Below are positions 1-15,030 of a stretch of DNA of 64,000 nt, one piece after another. The translations under genes and the position numbers were made by a program. This DNA is from the human T2T-CHM13v2.0 reference genome, Homo sapiens. The DNA is taken from the NCBI RefSeq assembly GCF_009914755.1, contig NC_060928.1; one strand, given 5' to 3'. Every line of letters begins with the position of its first letter. The stretch's first letter is position 1. The notes beneath the pieces are model-generated. The model was not told the origin of the DNA, made no database searches, and was given only the letters and a program-made list of their open reading frames with translations.

Positions 1-3000
1 TGCCTAAAATAATTTAATAAATACCTATGACTTCTTAACCCACATTTGTTTCTATCAATTTATTTCCCTGCCTATTTTTGAAAAATCAAATTCTGAATAT
101 ATGCATAGAAATTTGTCGTACATCCACTATTCAGCATGTGTTGCAGCAAAGATAGTTTAAAAACTGCTTAATTTTAATATTGTTTCTATGGTAATATAGT
201 GGAATCACATCATATATGTATTTAACTTAATTAGATTCAACTATAGAGGCTTTGTGACAAAGATAGGAACAGAGACAGTGGAAAGGCAAACAGAGAGAAA
301 GGCAGGGAGAAACTAAAGAGACTGGAATATAGATATAGAATCACAAAGACAAAAAAGGACAGAAAAAATGTATATAGGGCTGAAAATTCCATCTATTTTT
401 CTGCTCAATAAGTCTACATGCTCCTTGGTTGCACTTCGCTGTCACAAAAGGGCACATCCTGACACTCTGAGTCTACTGTCCAACTCTATTCATCATGTAT
501 ATGCCTTGGCAAATGTATATTACTATATACATTTTATACATGCGTAAGAGAAAGCTATATTAAAATTATATGTATAAGTTATATGTGTAATTTAAGATAA
601 TTTTGAAAATATAACTTTTACCTTAACAGGTTTATTTTTAGAGTCCAATCCTACAATATGAAGAAGCTGTTTCCTCTACCCCATTCATGTGATCCAACCT
701 CCAAACAATCATAAAAGTGAATTTTTGGAGATTATCCAAATTTTGAACTAGGAACAGTCTTTATACTATCAAAGTTAAATAATAGAGCTCTTTACATTAG
801 AGAATGTGGCATTCATATTTAAGTACTACCCCTTAATAACCATTCTTTACAAAGTTGAAACCATGATCAACATTATCATCATCCTTATTGTCAATACTTC
901 CTTTACTCAATTATTCATTTCACCAGATAAAACTTTATGATTACTTATTAAGCATTTATTTTAACTAATGGAATCTTCAAATTCTGTAAATCAGGTATTC
1001 CCCTCAACTTTATAATAAGAAAATGGGAGTGATAAGCCAGTTAGCTAAAGGGCTGATTTAGCCTCTGAATACAGATTTTTCTGAATCCAAAGTCCATACT
1101 ATTTTAGGAAGTTGTCTTTAATGCAAAAATCTAGAAAGAACAATATGTAAGAAGAGTAACAGACAGACAGAATTTTTTTTCAAAACTGTATTCTACTTTA
1201 TTTCTGTAGTTGGCATTATATTTACCATTTAAATGTTATTTTTGAAGTAGTTTAAAAACTCTCCTGCATATATTATCCAATAAAATATCTATATACTTCT
1301 TTCTTCTTCTTGTTATATTTGTCAGACACCCATCAGTTATGGTTGTGTGTCTGATTGGAAGATCTTTCCTTTCAAGAATGTGAAATGTTTCCATGGAGAT
1401 CAGCTTGAGATAGCCCAGTGACGAGCTTCTTAGCTATAATTTCACATTGGTTTCTATGGTTTCCAGATAGGGGAAGAAAATGAAGTTGCAGATTTTTTTG
1501 TAATGTAAAAGGTTATTAAAAAATAAGAAATAATGCTCAAATTAATGTCATCACCTAAGGAAAACAACTGCTGTTACTGCAAAACATGAAAGATTTTATG
1601 ATGTATGTTATACATGTATGCACTTTGCTGCGTTTGTAATAAATGAGGAACTATCATGATACGTGAATAATTTCCCAAATTAGCAGACACTCGTTTAAAA
1701 GGGGTTTTAATGAAACATGTTTTAGCAATGATTACTGATAACTGGCTTGCAATCTCCACTTCCTTTTCCTTACATCAAATCTTTAAAGATGTCACACAGT
1801 ACATTTGTTAAGTCAGTACATGAGTAAAATTCCATGGCAGAGATATATCACTTTATCCATTGTTCAACACCTGAGACCAACATCCATACCCATACAGTTT
1901 TTTGGATAGATTTTACTATTAGTGATGAAGCTGTGAACCAGTAAATACTGGACCTAACATTCAAATCCCATTAAAGCGGCTGCACATAAATTGTACTGAT
2001 CAAACACACAGCCTCATATTGGCCTTATTCACCAGCCTAATTCTTGTACTTACCAATGATCCCAGTAGTTGGCATGCAGATACACTATTTATCTATCCAC
2101 TTACCATCATCACTTAGGATGAGATCAAGGTTGTCTGGTTGGAGGAAGTATGTGAAATTCCCAAAGGAGCAGTAGACTACAAGGCAAGAGAGGTGGATTC
2201 TATTTCTATCTCTATTTTTAAGTGACTTCCTTGTCACTTAACCAACCCATGGCTAATAATAGGTAAACATCTATTCAATAGGGTAAATGACCAGCTTATG
2301 GACTTTACAGGATTACCATGTATTTCAAATGGGAAAAAAAAATTAATCCTTTAACAACTGTCATGGCACATTGATATGGCAAATTCTAACTTTTCTCTGT
2401 ACACTTATTATTCACACTTATCCACACTGTAATGGCAAAACATAGCCCTAGTAGCACAGTTTTTCCAAATAAAGGAAGAACACATGTCAAAACGAAGCTT
2501 TGAGTAACCGTCAAGTAACATTTTTCTCATAATAATAATATATACTAATGTAATTTCCAAGAAGAGTGTGAGGCAATATAACATTGATGTTGTGGCTGGT
2601 AATTTGAAAAACTTATTCAAAAGTTAGTTTTCAAATACACAGAGAACAGCAATATGGCTTGCATTTTTTAAAACTTTTTTTATTATACATAAGTTCTAGG
2701 GTACATATGCACAACGTGAAGGTTTGTTACATATGTATATGTGTACCATGTTGGTTTGCTACACCCATTAACTCATCATTTACATTAGGTATTTATCCTA
2801 ATGCTATCCCTCCCCCACCCCCCAACCCACAACAGGCCCCGGTGTGTGATCTTCCCTGCCCTGTGTCCAAATTGTTCAATTCCCACTTATGAGTGAGAAC
2901 ATGCGGTGTTTGGTTTCCTGTCCTTGTGATAGTTTGCTGAGAATGATGGTTTCCAGCTTCATTCATGTCCCTACAAAGGACATGAACTCATCCTTTTTTA

Positions 3001-3468
3001 TGACTGCATAGTATTCCATGGTGTATATGTGCCATATTTTCTTAATCCAGTCTATCATTGATGTACATTTGGGTTGGTTCCAAGTCTTTGCTATTGTAAA
3101 TAGTGCCACAATAAACATACATGTGCATGTGTCTTTATAATCCTTTGTGTGCACGATTCATAATCCTTTCAGTATATACCCAGTAATGGGATTGCTGGGT
3201 CAAATGGTATTTCTAGTTCTAGATCCTTGAGGAATCACCACACTGTTTTCCACAATGGTTGAACTAGTTTACACTCCCACCAACAGTGTAAAAGTGTTCC
3301 TATTTCTCCACATCCTCTCCAGCACCTGCTGTTTCCTGACTTTTTAATGATCGCCATTCTAACTGGTGTGAGATGGTATCTCATTGTGGTTTTGATTTGC
3401 ATTTCTCTGATGGCCAGTGATGAGGAGCATTTTTTCATGTATCTGTTGGCTGCATAAATGTCGTCTTA

Positions 3469-3720
<252 letters not shown>

Positions 3721-4820
3721 TTAGTCATGAAGTCCTTGCCCATACCTATGTCCTGAATGGTATTGCCTAGGTTTACTTCTAGGGTTTTTATGGTTTTAGG
3801 TCTAACATTTAAGTCTTTAATCCACCTTGAATTAATTTTTGTATAAGGTGTAAGGAAAGGATCCAGTTTCAGCTTTCTACATATGGCTAGCCAATTTTCC
3901 CAGCACCATTTATTACATAGGGACTCCTTTCCCCATTTCTTGTTTTTGTCAGGTTTGTCAAAGATCAAATGGTTGTACATGTGTGGTGTTATTTCTGAGG
4001 GCTCTGTTCTGTTCCATTGGCCTATATCTCTGTTTTGGTACCAGTACCATGCTGTTTTTGTTTCTATAGCCTTGTAGTATAGTTTGAAGTCAGGTAGTGT
4101 GATGCCTCCAGCTTTGTTCTTTTTGCTTAGGATTGTCTTGGCAATGCAGGCTCTTTTTTGGTTCCATGTGAACTTTAAAGTAGTTTTTTCCAATTCTGTG
4201 AAGAAAGTCATTGGTAGTTTCATGGGGATGGCATTGAATCTATAAATTACCTTGGGCAGTATGGCCGTTTTCATGATATTGATTCTTCTTATCCATGAGC
4301 ATGGAATGTTCTTCCATTTGTTTGTGTCCCCTTTTATTTCTTTGAGCAGTGGTTTGTAGTTCTCCTTGAAGAGGTCCTTCACATCCCTTGGAAGATGGAT
4401 TCCTAGGTATTTTATTCTCTTTTTAGCAATTGTGAATCGGAGTTCACTCATGATTTGGCTCTCTGTTTGTCTGTTATTGGTGTATAAGTATGCTTGTGAT
4501 TTTTGCACATTGATTTTGTATCCTGAGACTTTGCTCAAGTTGCTTATCAGCTTAAGGGGATTTGGGGCTGAGACGATGGGGTTTTCTAAACATACAACCA
4601 TGTCATCTGCAAACAGGGACAATTTGACTTCCCCTTTTCCTAATTGAATACCCTTTATTTCTTTCTCCTGCCTGATTGCCCTGGCCAGAACTTCAACAGT
4701 ATGTTGAATAGAAGTGGTGAAAGAGGGCATCCCTGTCTTGTGCCAGTTTTCAAAGGGAATGCTTCCAGTTTTTGCCCATCCAGTATGTAATTGGCTTTGG
4801 GTTTATCATAAATAGCTCTT

Positions 4821-5767
4821 TTTTTTTTTTTTGGTTCAAAAAATGGTTTTATGGAAAAATTAATCTGTAACAAAAAGTTGGCATTGAGTGCGAAGGCTCC
4901 ACCGTTTTTTTTCTTGTTTTTTTTTTTTTTTTTGAGCAAAGCGTACAAAGGTTCCAAGGGACAGGACCAAGAACGAGGGGCTGAGACATTTACAACAGCA
5001 GGCATTTTCTCTTCCTCTTCTTCACGGGAGGCGGGCAGAGGACTGCTCGGATCGCTTCGTCAAACACTGTCTTGATGCCTCGCTGTGTGAGCGCCGAGCG
5101 CTCCAGGTATTTTACAGCACCAATCTCCTTAGCCATGGCTAGACCCTGCGGATAGGTGATGGGAGTCAGCTTCTTCTCCTTCAGTTTCTCGATCGGGTCT
5201 TTATCATCCCTAAGATCAAGTTTAGTTCCCACTAGGATGATGGGAGTGTTGGGACAGTGGTGCCGCACCTCAGGATACCACTTTGCACGGACATTTTCAA
5301 ATGATGCAGGACTCACAAGGGAAAAGCAAATTAAGAACACATCTGTTTGCGGATAGGATAGGGGGCGTAATCTGTCATAATCTTCTTGTCCAGCTGTATC
5401 CCATAAGCCCAGATTCACCGGTTTTCCATCTACCATAACATTGGCAGAATAATTGTCAAAGACAGTAGGGATATATTCTCCAGGAAATGCATTGGTTGTG
5501 TAACTGATCAGTAGGCAAGTTTTACCTACAGCTCCGTCTCCCACCACCACAAACTTGATGGCCTGCATCAGGGCCGCTCGCTGGGCCGCGGCGGCGGCGG
5601 CAGGGCGCTGAGATAGGAAGCGGCGGGCTCGGGGCGCGGCGGACGGGCGCGCGGCTTCCGGGCGGCGGGGCGCTGGGTGCCGGGGCCGCTGTCCACGCCG
5701 CCTCGCCCTCCGCGGACTGGAAGCCGATGCCCGGCAGCGGCCACCACCCAAAGCTGAGGAAAACTGC
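4821..5767 (-). pseudogene. RAC1P2: RAC1 processed pseudogene (5' UTR, CDS, short 3' UTR, poly(A)); probably RAC1P2
   Basis: Intronless RAC1 sequence, T-run at 4821-4832, perfect 14-bp TSD CATAAATAGCTCTT at 4807-4820 and 5768-5781 within L1 ORF2. The symbol comes from recalled proximity to COX7B2 and is less certain than the RAC1 call. Confidence 0.93.
4990..5568 (-). CDS. Intact 192-aa RAC1-like ORF of the retrocopy (expression unknown)
   Basis: [17 protein letters not shown]...[10 protein letters not shown] with P-loop, switch regions, polybasic tail and CAAX intact. Differences from RAC1: C6F, T125P, C157R, L165I. No RAC1b 19-aa insert. Confidence 0.6.
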
Positions 5768-6080
5768 CATAAATAGCTCTTATTATTTTGAGATACGTTC
5801 CATCAATACCTAGTTTATTGAGGGTTTTTAGCATGAAGAGCTGTTGAATTTCATTAAAAGCCTTTTCTGCATCTATTGAGATAATTGTGTGGTTTTTTCT
5901 TTGGTTCTGTTTATGTGATGGATTCCATTTATTGATTTGTGTATGTTGAACCAGCCTTGCATCCCAGGGATGAAGCCAACTTGATCTTGGTGGATAAGCT
6001 TTTTGATGTGCTGCTGGATTTGGTTTGCCAGTATTTTATTGACGATTTTCACATTGACGTTCATCAGGGATTTTGGTCTA

Positions 6081-6284
<204 letters not shown>

Positions 6285-7015
6285 TTATTGCCTCAATTTC
6301 AGAGCCTGTTATTAGTCTATTCAGTGATTCAACTTCTTCCTGGTTTAGTCTTGGGAGGGCATATGTTTCCAGGAATTTATTCATTACTTCTAGATATTCT
6401 AGTTTATTTGCATAGAGGTGTTTATAGTATTCTCTGATGGTAATTGGTATTTCTGTGAGATTGATGGTGATATCCCCTTTATCATTTTTTATTTTGTCTA
6501 TTTGATTCTTCCCTCTTTTCTTCATTAGTCTTGCTAGTGGTCTATCAATTTTGCTGATCTTTTCAAAAAACCAGCTCTACACACTGCTTTAAATGTGTCC
6601 CAGAGATTCTAGTATGTTGTGTCTTTGTTCTCACTGGTTTCAAAGAACATCTTTATTTCTGCCTTCATTTTGTTATCTACCCAGTAGTCATTCAGGAACA
6701 GGTTATTCAGTTTCCATGTAGCTGTGCAGTTTTGAGTGAGTTTCTTAATCCTGAGTTCTAATTTGATTGCACTGTGGTCTGAGAGGCAGTTTGTTGTGAT
6801 TTCTGTTCTTTTACATTTGATGAGGAGTGCTTTACTTCCAACTATGTGGTCAATTTTGGAATAAGTGTGATGTGGTGCTGAGAAGAATGTATATTCTGTT
6901 GATTTGGGGTGGAGAGTTCTGTAGATGTCTATTAGGTCTGCTTGGTGCAGAGCTGAGTTCAATTCCTGGATATCCTTGTTAACCTTCTGTCTCGTTGATC
7001 TAATACTGACAGTGA

Positions 7016-7329
<314 letters not shown>

Positions 7330-9111
7330 AAAGTCTCCCATTATTATTGTGTGGGAGTCTAAGTCTCTTATAGTTCTCTAAGAACTTGCTTTATGAACCT
7401 GGGTGCTCCTGTATTTGGTGCATATATGTTTAGGACAGTTAGCTCTTCTTGTTGAATTGATCCCTTTACCATTCTGTAATGGCCTTGTCTCTTTTGAACT
7501 TTGTTGGTTTAAAGTCTGTTTTATCAGAGACTAGGATTGCAGACTAGGATTGCAACCCCTGCTTTTTTTTGCTTTCCATTTGCTTGGTAGATCTTCCTCC
7601 ATCCCTTTATTTTGAACCTATGTGTGTCTCTGCACTTGAGATGGGTCTCCTGAATACAGCACACTGATGGGTCTTGACTCTTTATCCAGTTTGCCAATTT
7701 GTGTCTTTTAATTGGGGGCATTTAGCCCATTTACATTAAGGTTAATATTGTTATGTGTGAATTTGATCCTGTCATTATGATGTTAGCTGGTTATTTTGCC
7801 CATTAGTTGATGCAGTTTCCTCCTAGTATCAATGGTCTTTACAATTTGGCATGTTTTTGCAGTGGCTGGTTGCCTATTCAGTATGACATTGGCTGTGGGT
7901 TTGTTATAAATAGCTCTTATTATTCTTTTTCATGTTTATTGATTCCTTCAGGAGCACTTGTAAGGCAGGCCTGGTGGTGACAAAACTCTCAGCATTTGCT
8001 TGTCTGTAAAGGATTTTATTTCTCCTTCACTTACGAAACTTAGTTTGGCTGGATATGAAATTCTGGGTTGAAAATTCTTTTCTTTACGAATGTTGAATAT
8101 TGGCCCCCACTCTATTCTGGCTTGTAGAGTTTCTGCCGAGATATCCGCTGTTAGTCTGATGGGCTTCCCTTTGTGGGTAACCTGATCTTTCTCTCTGGCT
8201 GCTCTTAACATTTTTTCCTTCATTTCAACCTTGGTGAATCTGACAATTATGTGTATTGGAGTTGCTCTTCTTGAGGAGTATCTTTGTGGTGTTCTCTGTA
8301 TTTCCTGAATTTGAATGTTGGCCTGCCTTGCTAGGTTGGGGAAGTTCTGGATAATCCTGAAGAGTGTTTTCCAGCTTGATTCCATTCTCCTCATCACTTT
8401 CAGGTACACCAATCAAACGTAGATTTGGTCTTTTCACATAGTCCCATATTTCTTGGAGGCTTCATTTGTTTCTTTTTACTCATTTTTCTCTAATCTTCTC
8501 ACTTCATTTAATTAATTTGATTTTCAGTCACTGATATCCTTTCTTCCACTTGATCAAATCGACTACTGAAGCTTGTGCATGTGTCACATAGCTCTTGTGC
8601 CATTGTTTTCAGCTCCATCAGGTCATTTAAGGTCTTCTCCACACTGTTTATTCTAGTTAGCCATTCATCTAATCTTTTTTCAAGGTTTTTCACAGCTTTT
8701 TTCACAGCTTCCTCGTGATGGGTTCTAACATCCTCCTTTAGCTCAGAGAAGTTTGTTGTTACCGACCTTCTAAGGCATACTTCTGTCAACTCATCAAAGT
8801 CATTCTCCATCCAGCTTTGTTCTGTTGCTGGCAAGGAGCTTCCCAGGTAAGGCGATGCCCCACCCTGCTTTGGCTCGCCCTCTGAGGGCTGCACCCACTG
8901 TCCAACCAGTCCCATTGAGATGAACCAGGTACCTCAGTTGGAAATGTAGAAATCAGCCGGCTTCTGCATCAATCATGTTGGGAGCTGCAGACTGGAGCTG
9001 TTCCTATTCAGCCATCTTGGAACAGACCTCGCATTTTTTATAATTTTTATGGTTTACATATGGCCTGAATATAATTCCAGTGAGAAAGGTTAGAAACAGT
9101 AAAAAAAAAAT

Positions 9112-9443
<332 letters not shown>

Positions 9444-9550
9444 CTAAGTTTGATTATAAGAAATCTGTGGCCAAAAATTTAGATGTAATAATAATTTTAG
9501 GCATATATATGCTCCTAAAATAATTTTGATCTTAAAAATACAGATGTGTA

Positions 9551-9850
<300 letters not shown>

Positions 9851-10053
9851 TTATGCGTATGTATACATATATATCTATACCTATCTATAAAGACAGATAT
9901 ATAGATACATACACATGCACACTCTCTCTCCCTCAGACATGAACTTACATATATAGATATATAAACCCAAAGAGGTAGACTTTAATCCTAATTTCAAATC
10001 AGAAAATATTCAAGATAAAGTTAAGAAAACTATCATTTAAAAATGCTCACTAT

Positions 10054-10630
<577 letters not shown>

Positions 10631-10929
10631 CTCATTATATTCCATATGTATTTTATATCCCCATTTGCAGTCTGATGCACTCTCTTGATCTTACTTCCCA
10701 TAATTTTTACAACAATCTACAATGACTTCCTGTCTTTTCTAGCTCGAGTTGAATCCTTCTACAGAACTTGCCACTTACATATATGAAGAAAGACTGGTAA
10801 ACAGTGTAACATGCAAGTAAAAGAACAGATTCTAAAGCCAGGGAGATATGGGCTTGAGTCCTGGCTCCATTCTTTGTAAGCTGTGTGTTTAAGAAAGTTT
10901 CATGTCACTTTGAACCTAAAGTTTACAAG

Positions 10930-12960
10930 TAGGACTTCCTATCATGAGCTGTCCAAAGAAGAAAAAATTCAAGTCTGGTTCTGCAAGATATGCTGACCGA
11001 CCATACCTGAATGTAGACAGCTTCAGCCATGTAATTTAACTCCATGTTGGCCCTAAAGGAAAAGGGAAATTTTCCTGGTGGGCAGTGCATTAAATAATGT
11101 ACATAGTTGTTCATTTTGCCTGGAGGGAGAGATGGCCAAAGATACAATTCTACACTGAGTCATGGGTTCCAGCAAAGGGCTTGACAGGATAGTTGGGAAA
11201 TTAGAAGAGACACTATTACAAAATGTGTGAAAAGAAGTCTGGGAATGGATTTTGTGTGCAGACTTCTCCAAATGGGCACAGAGTGGAAGATATTCATGTT
11301 CCATATCAATGCTCACCAAAAGGATAATCAGCAGAGGAGTATCTCAAAAATCAGGTGGACAAGATGACCCATTCTTACGTCCATCAGCCTTTCCTAGCAA
11401 TCCTGTGTTTTCACAATGCCTCAGAGACAAAATGACCATGTCAGCAGAAATGGAGGTTGGGCACGGGCTCAACAACATGGGAGTTCCACTTATCAAGGCT
11501 AGTCTGGCTATAGTCACTGCTAAGTTCCCAACCTACCAAATAGACCAACACTGCATCTCCATTTGGCACCATTTCTTGGGGGAAGGGAGAGGATCACGCA
11601 GCCATCAGTGTCAGGTTGATTCCATTGGACCATTTCCATTGTTGAAAAGGCAGCACTTTGTTTTTGCGTGAATGTACATTTACTAAGTGTGTAGATTTAT
11701 CTACTCTCCCTAAAACTCTTCCTAAATACTGTCATCCATGGACTTGCAAAAATGCCTTATTCAGCATCACTGTATAGCATGCATCACTGATTTTGGTGAA
11801 GAAACTCATTTTACAGCAAATGAGTGCAGCAATGGGCTCATGTTTATGGGAGTCACTGGTATTGCCATGTTTCCCATTACTGATAGAATGGAGTAATAAC
11901 TTTTTGAATGTTAGTTACAGTAACAGCTGGATAATACCACCTTGCAAGGCTGAGGTAATGCCTCCCAGAATGCTAAATATGCTCTAAATAAGCAAAAATA
12001 CATGGTGCTATTTTCCCAGAGCCAGGATTTATAGATCTGGGAATCAAGAGGTGAATATGGGAGTGGTTCCTTTCACTATTATCCCTAGTGATCCACTAGA
12101 GAAATGTTTGTTTCTTGTTTCCATTACTTTAGGCTTTGCTGTTCTAGAAGTCTTAGGTGTCAACTACGGATCATAGCAATGGTGCCATTAAACTGGAAAT
12201 TCAGAGTGCCACCCTGAGAGTAAGAGGAAACAGTATGTTTTTAGTCTTATGAGGAAAGGTTGCCATCATGCTAGTAGAAGCATGTGTTGCTACTCTGTTT
12301 GAAATATAGGTATGTTTAGAGAAGATGTACGCTGATGTGAAGTTGACACAGGGTAGATTACTGTGGCTCTTTGAGTGTCAACTTTGCTAAGTTTGAACTA
12401 CTTACACCCTTCCCCTTATATTTTCAGATTAGAGTTGGCCACAAGAATAACAAACAATGTATGAGATAGGAAAGATGAACATGAAACACCAATCATTTTA
12501 TATTTAGAAAGTGGGCATAGAGCACCAACACTGTGGCAGCTTATGCAATTTGTTGCTGATCTGGCCTGCCACACTGACAGCTATTCAAAATCCCATCAAT
12601 TGTTCTCCTTCAGCTTTTTTGAATTCTGGGCCAGTTGAATGTGCAGCTCTATAGTGAAGGGCATCAATTTCTCCTGCAGGTCATCCATGTCATCTTAGAT
12701 AGACAAAGTGAGAAAAAGGCACACCTTCCAATTTGTATTCCTGATTTCAGTGTTCCCAATTCCAGTTGGTCCTAGCTCTTCTCTACTTCACATGCAGCTT
12801 TCTTCCTTTACTGAGAACCATTCAACACCAGACATGGAGGCAATAACATTTTAAAGAGTTCTCCCCCAGCTCCCATATTTGCATTCATTTTAATGCCCAT
12901 AATTAATCCTGTATTGCATACTACTCATACTGGTTCTGCCTCACTCATTAAATCCTGATA
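10930..12960 (+). mobile_element. Degenerate ERV-L internal (RNaseH/integrase) remnant followed by an MLT2-like LTR (about 12361-12960)
   Basis: Decayed ERVL pol-like motifs (CAGGTGGACAAGATGACCC, CAGGTTGATTCCATTGGACCATTTCCAT). Polypurine tract then TGTGG...TGAGTGTCAACTT LTR start. Confidence 0.6.
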
Positions 12961-13118
12961 CAATTAGTATGCAAAATATACCAAAAAAATCTATGAATAA
13001 GACAAATAACCAAATAGAAAAGCAGCAACATGAACAAACAAAAATCACAAAATAGAAGAAAGCAAAGAGCTAATACAGGATATCCAGCCTCATTAGTAAT
13101 CAGAGAAATACAAATTAA

Positions 13119-13618
<500 letters not shown>

Positions 13619-13973
13619 CATGAGCTACTATTTCACACTCATCAAAGGAACAAAAATATTAAAATGTTTGACAACTCTAAGAGTAAGTCTGGAGGTGGAA
13701 CAAGAGGAAGTTGTTTACGTTGCTGGTGAAACTGTAAACCATTTAACGAGTTTGTAGAATGATTTAGAAATACTGTAAATGGGCACTCCCTAAGACCTAC
13801 CAATTTCACATCAAGGAGGGACCATAGAGAAACTTTCAAATAGTAAAAATGGGGTTGGGCACATTTAGTCATCTCTATCTAGAGAATAACGATACTAATA
13901 TATAACAGAGCTTGAGAAACAGACTGATTGAAGTTGGTTATCCAGTAGCAGGAGAAGGTCTGTACTGCCAACT

Positions 13974-14492
13974 GTGGTAGATATCCCCTAGAATAGTGCC
14001 AAGTGGTTCCTGCCATCAGATAATCATGCCCTTGTATGATCTCCTCCCCTTGTGTGTCAGCTTGATTTGATGGCTCGTTTCTTGTGAATAGAATGTGGTA
14101 GAGGTGATATGTCATGTGTAAGATTGGGTTACAAAAAGCTCCTGTCTGGGGCACCCTCTCGCACTCTTAAGTGATGCCAGCTACTATATCATCAGCTGCT
14201 CTATGGAGAGACTCACATGAGAAAGGAATGATGTTCCAGTCAACATTCAGCAAGATCATTAGGCCAGCCAACATTCTTATGAGTGAGTTTAGATGTGCTT
14301 CTTCCCCAAGTTGTGCCTTGAGAGGATCGCAGCCCTGTCTGGCAGTTTGGTTGTAGAAATGTCAGATCTTGAGCCAGGAGCACCCAACTAAGTCATGCTC
14401 AGATCTGACCCGCAGAAACTATGAGATAATAAGTGTTGTTTTAAGCCACCGAGTTTTGGAATAATTTGCAAAACAGCAATATAGAACTAATA
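13974..14492 (+). mobile_element. MLT1-type MaLR LTR
   Basis: TGTGGTAG start; 3' motif AGAAACTATGAGATAATAAGTGTTGTTTTAAGCCAC...AACTAATA. Confidence 0.75.
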
Positions 14493-14601
14493 TGCCTTCC
14501 AATAATCATTGCAACCCACAATGATAAGCAAATTCTTAATTTCAGACTGATGGGGACTCTGAATTACCTAAAGCCACTCATTAATGCATTAATTCAAACT
14601 A

Positions 14602-15030
<429 letters not shown>

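Noticed and set aside
5569-5751. 253-aa N-terminally extended RAC1 ORF
   Set aside because: It starts at TTG in a GC-rich, stop-poor 5' UTR; the real ATG is at 5568.
8830-8940. L1 5' deletion as a spliced retrotransposed element (SpIRE)
   Set aside because: The usual 5' UTR donor (GAG|GTACC near 8930) is retained and the junction gives no GT donor in register; a microhomology deletion fits better.
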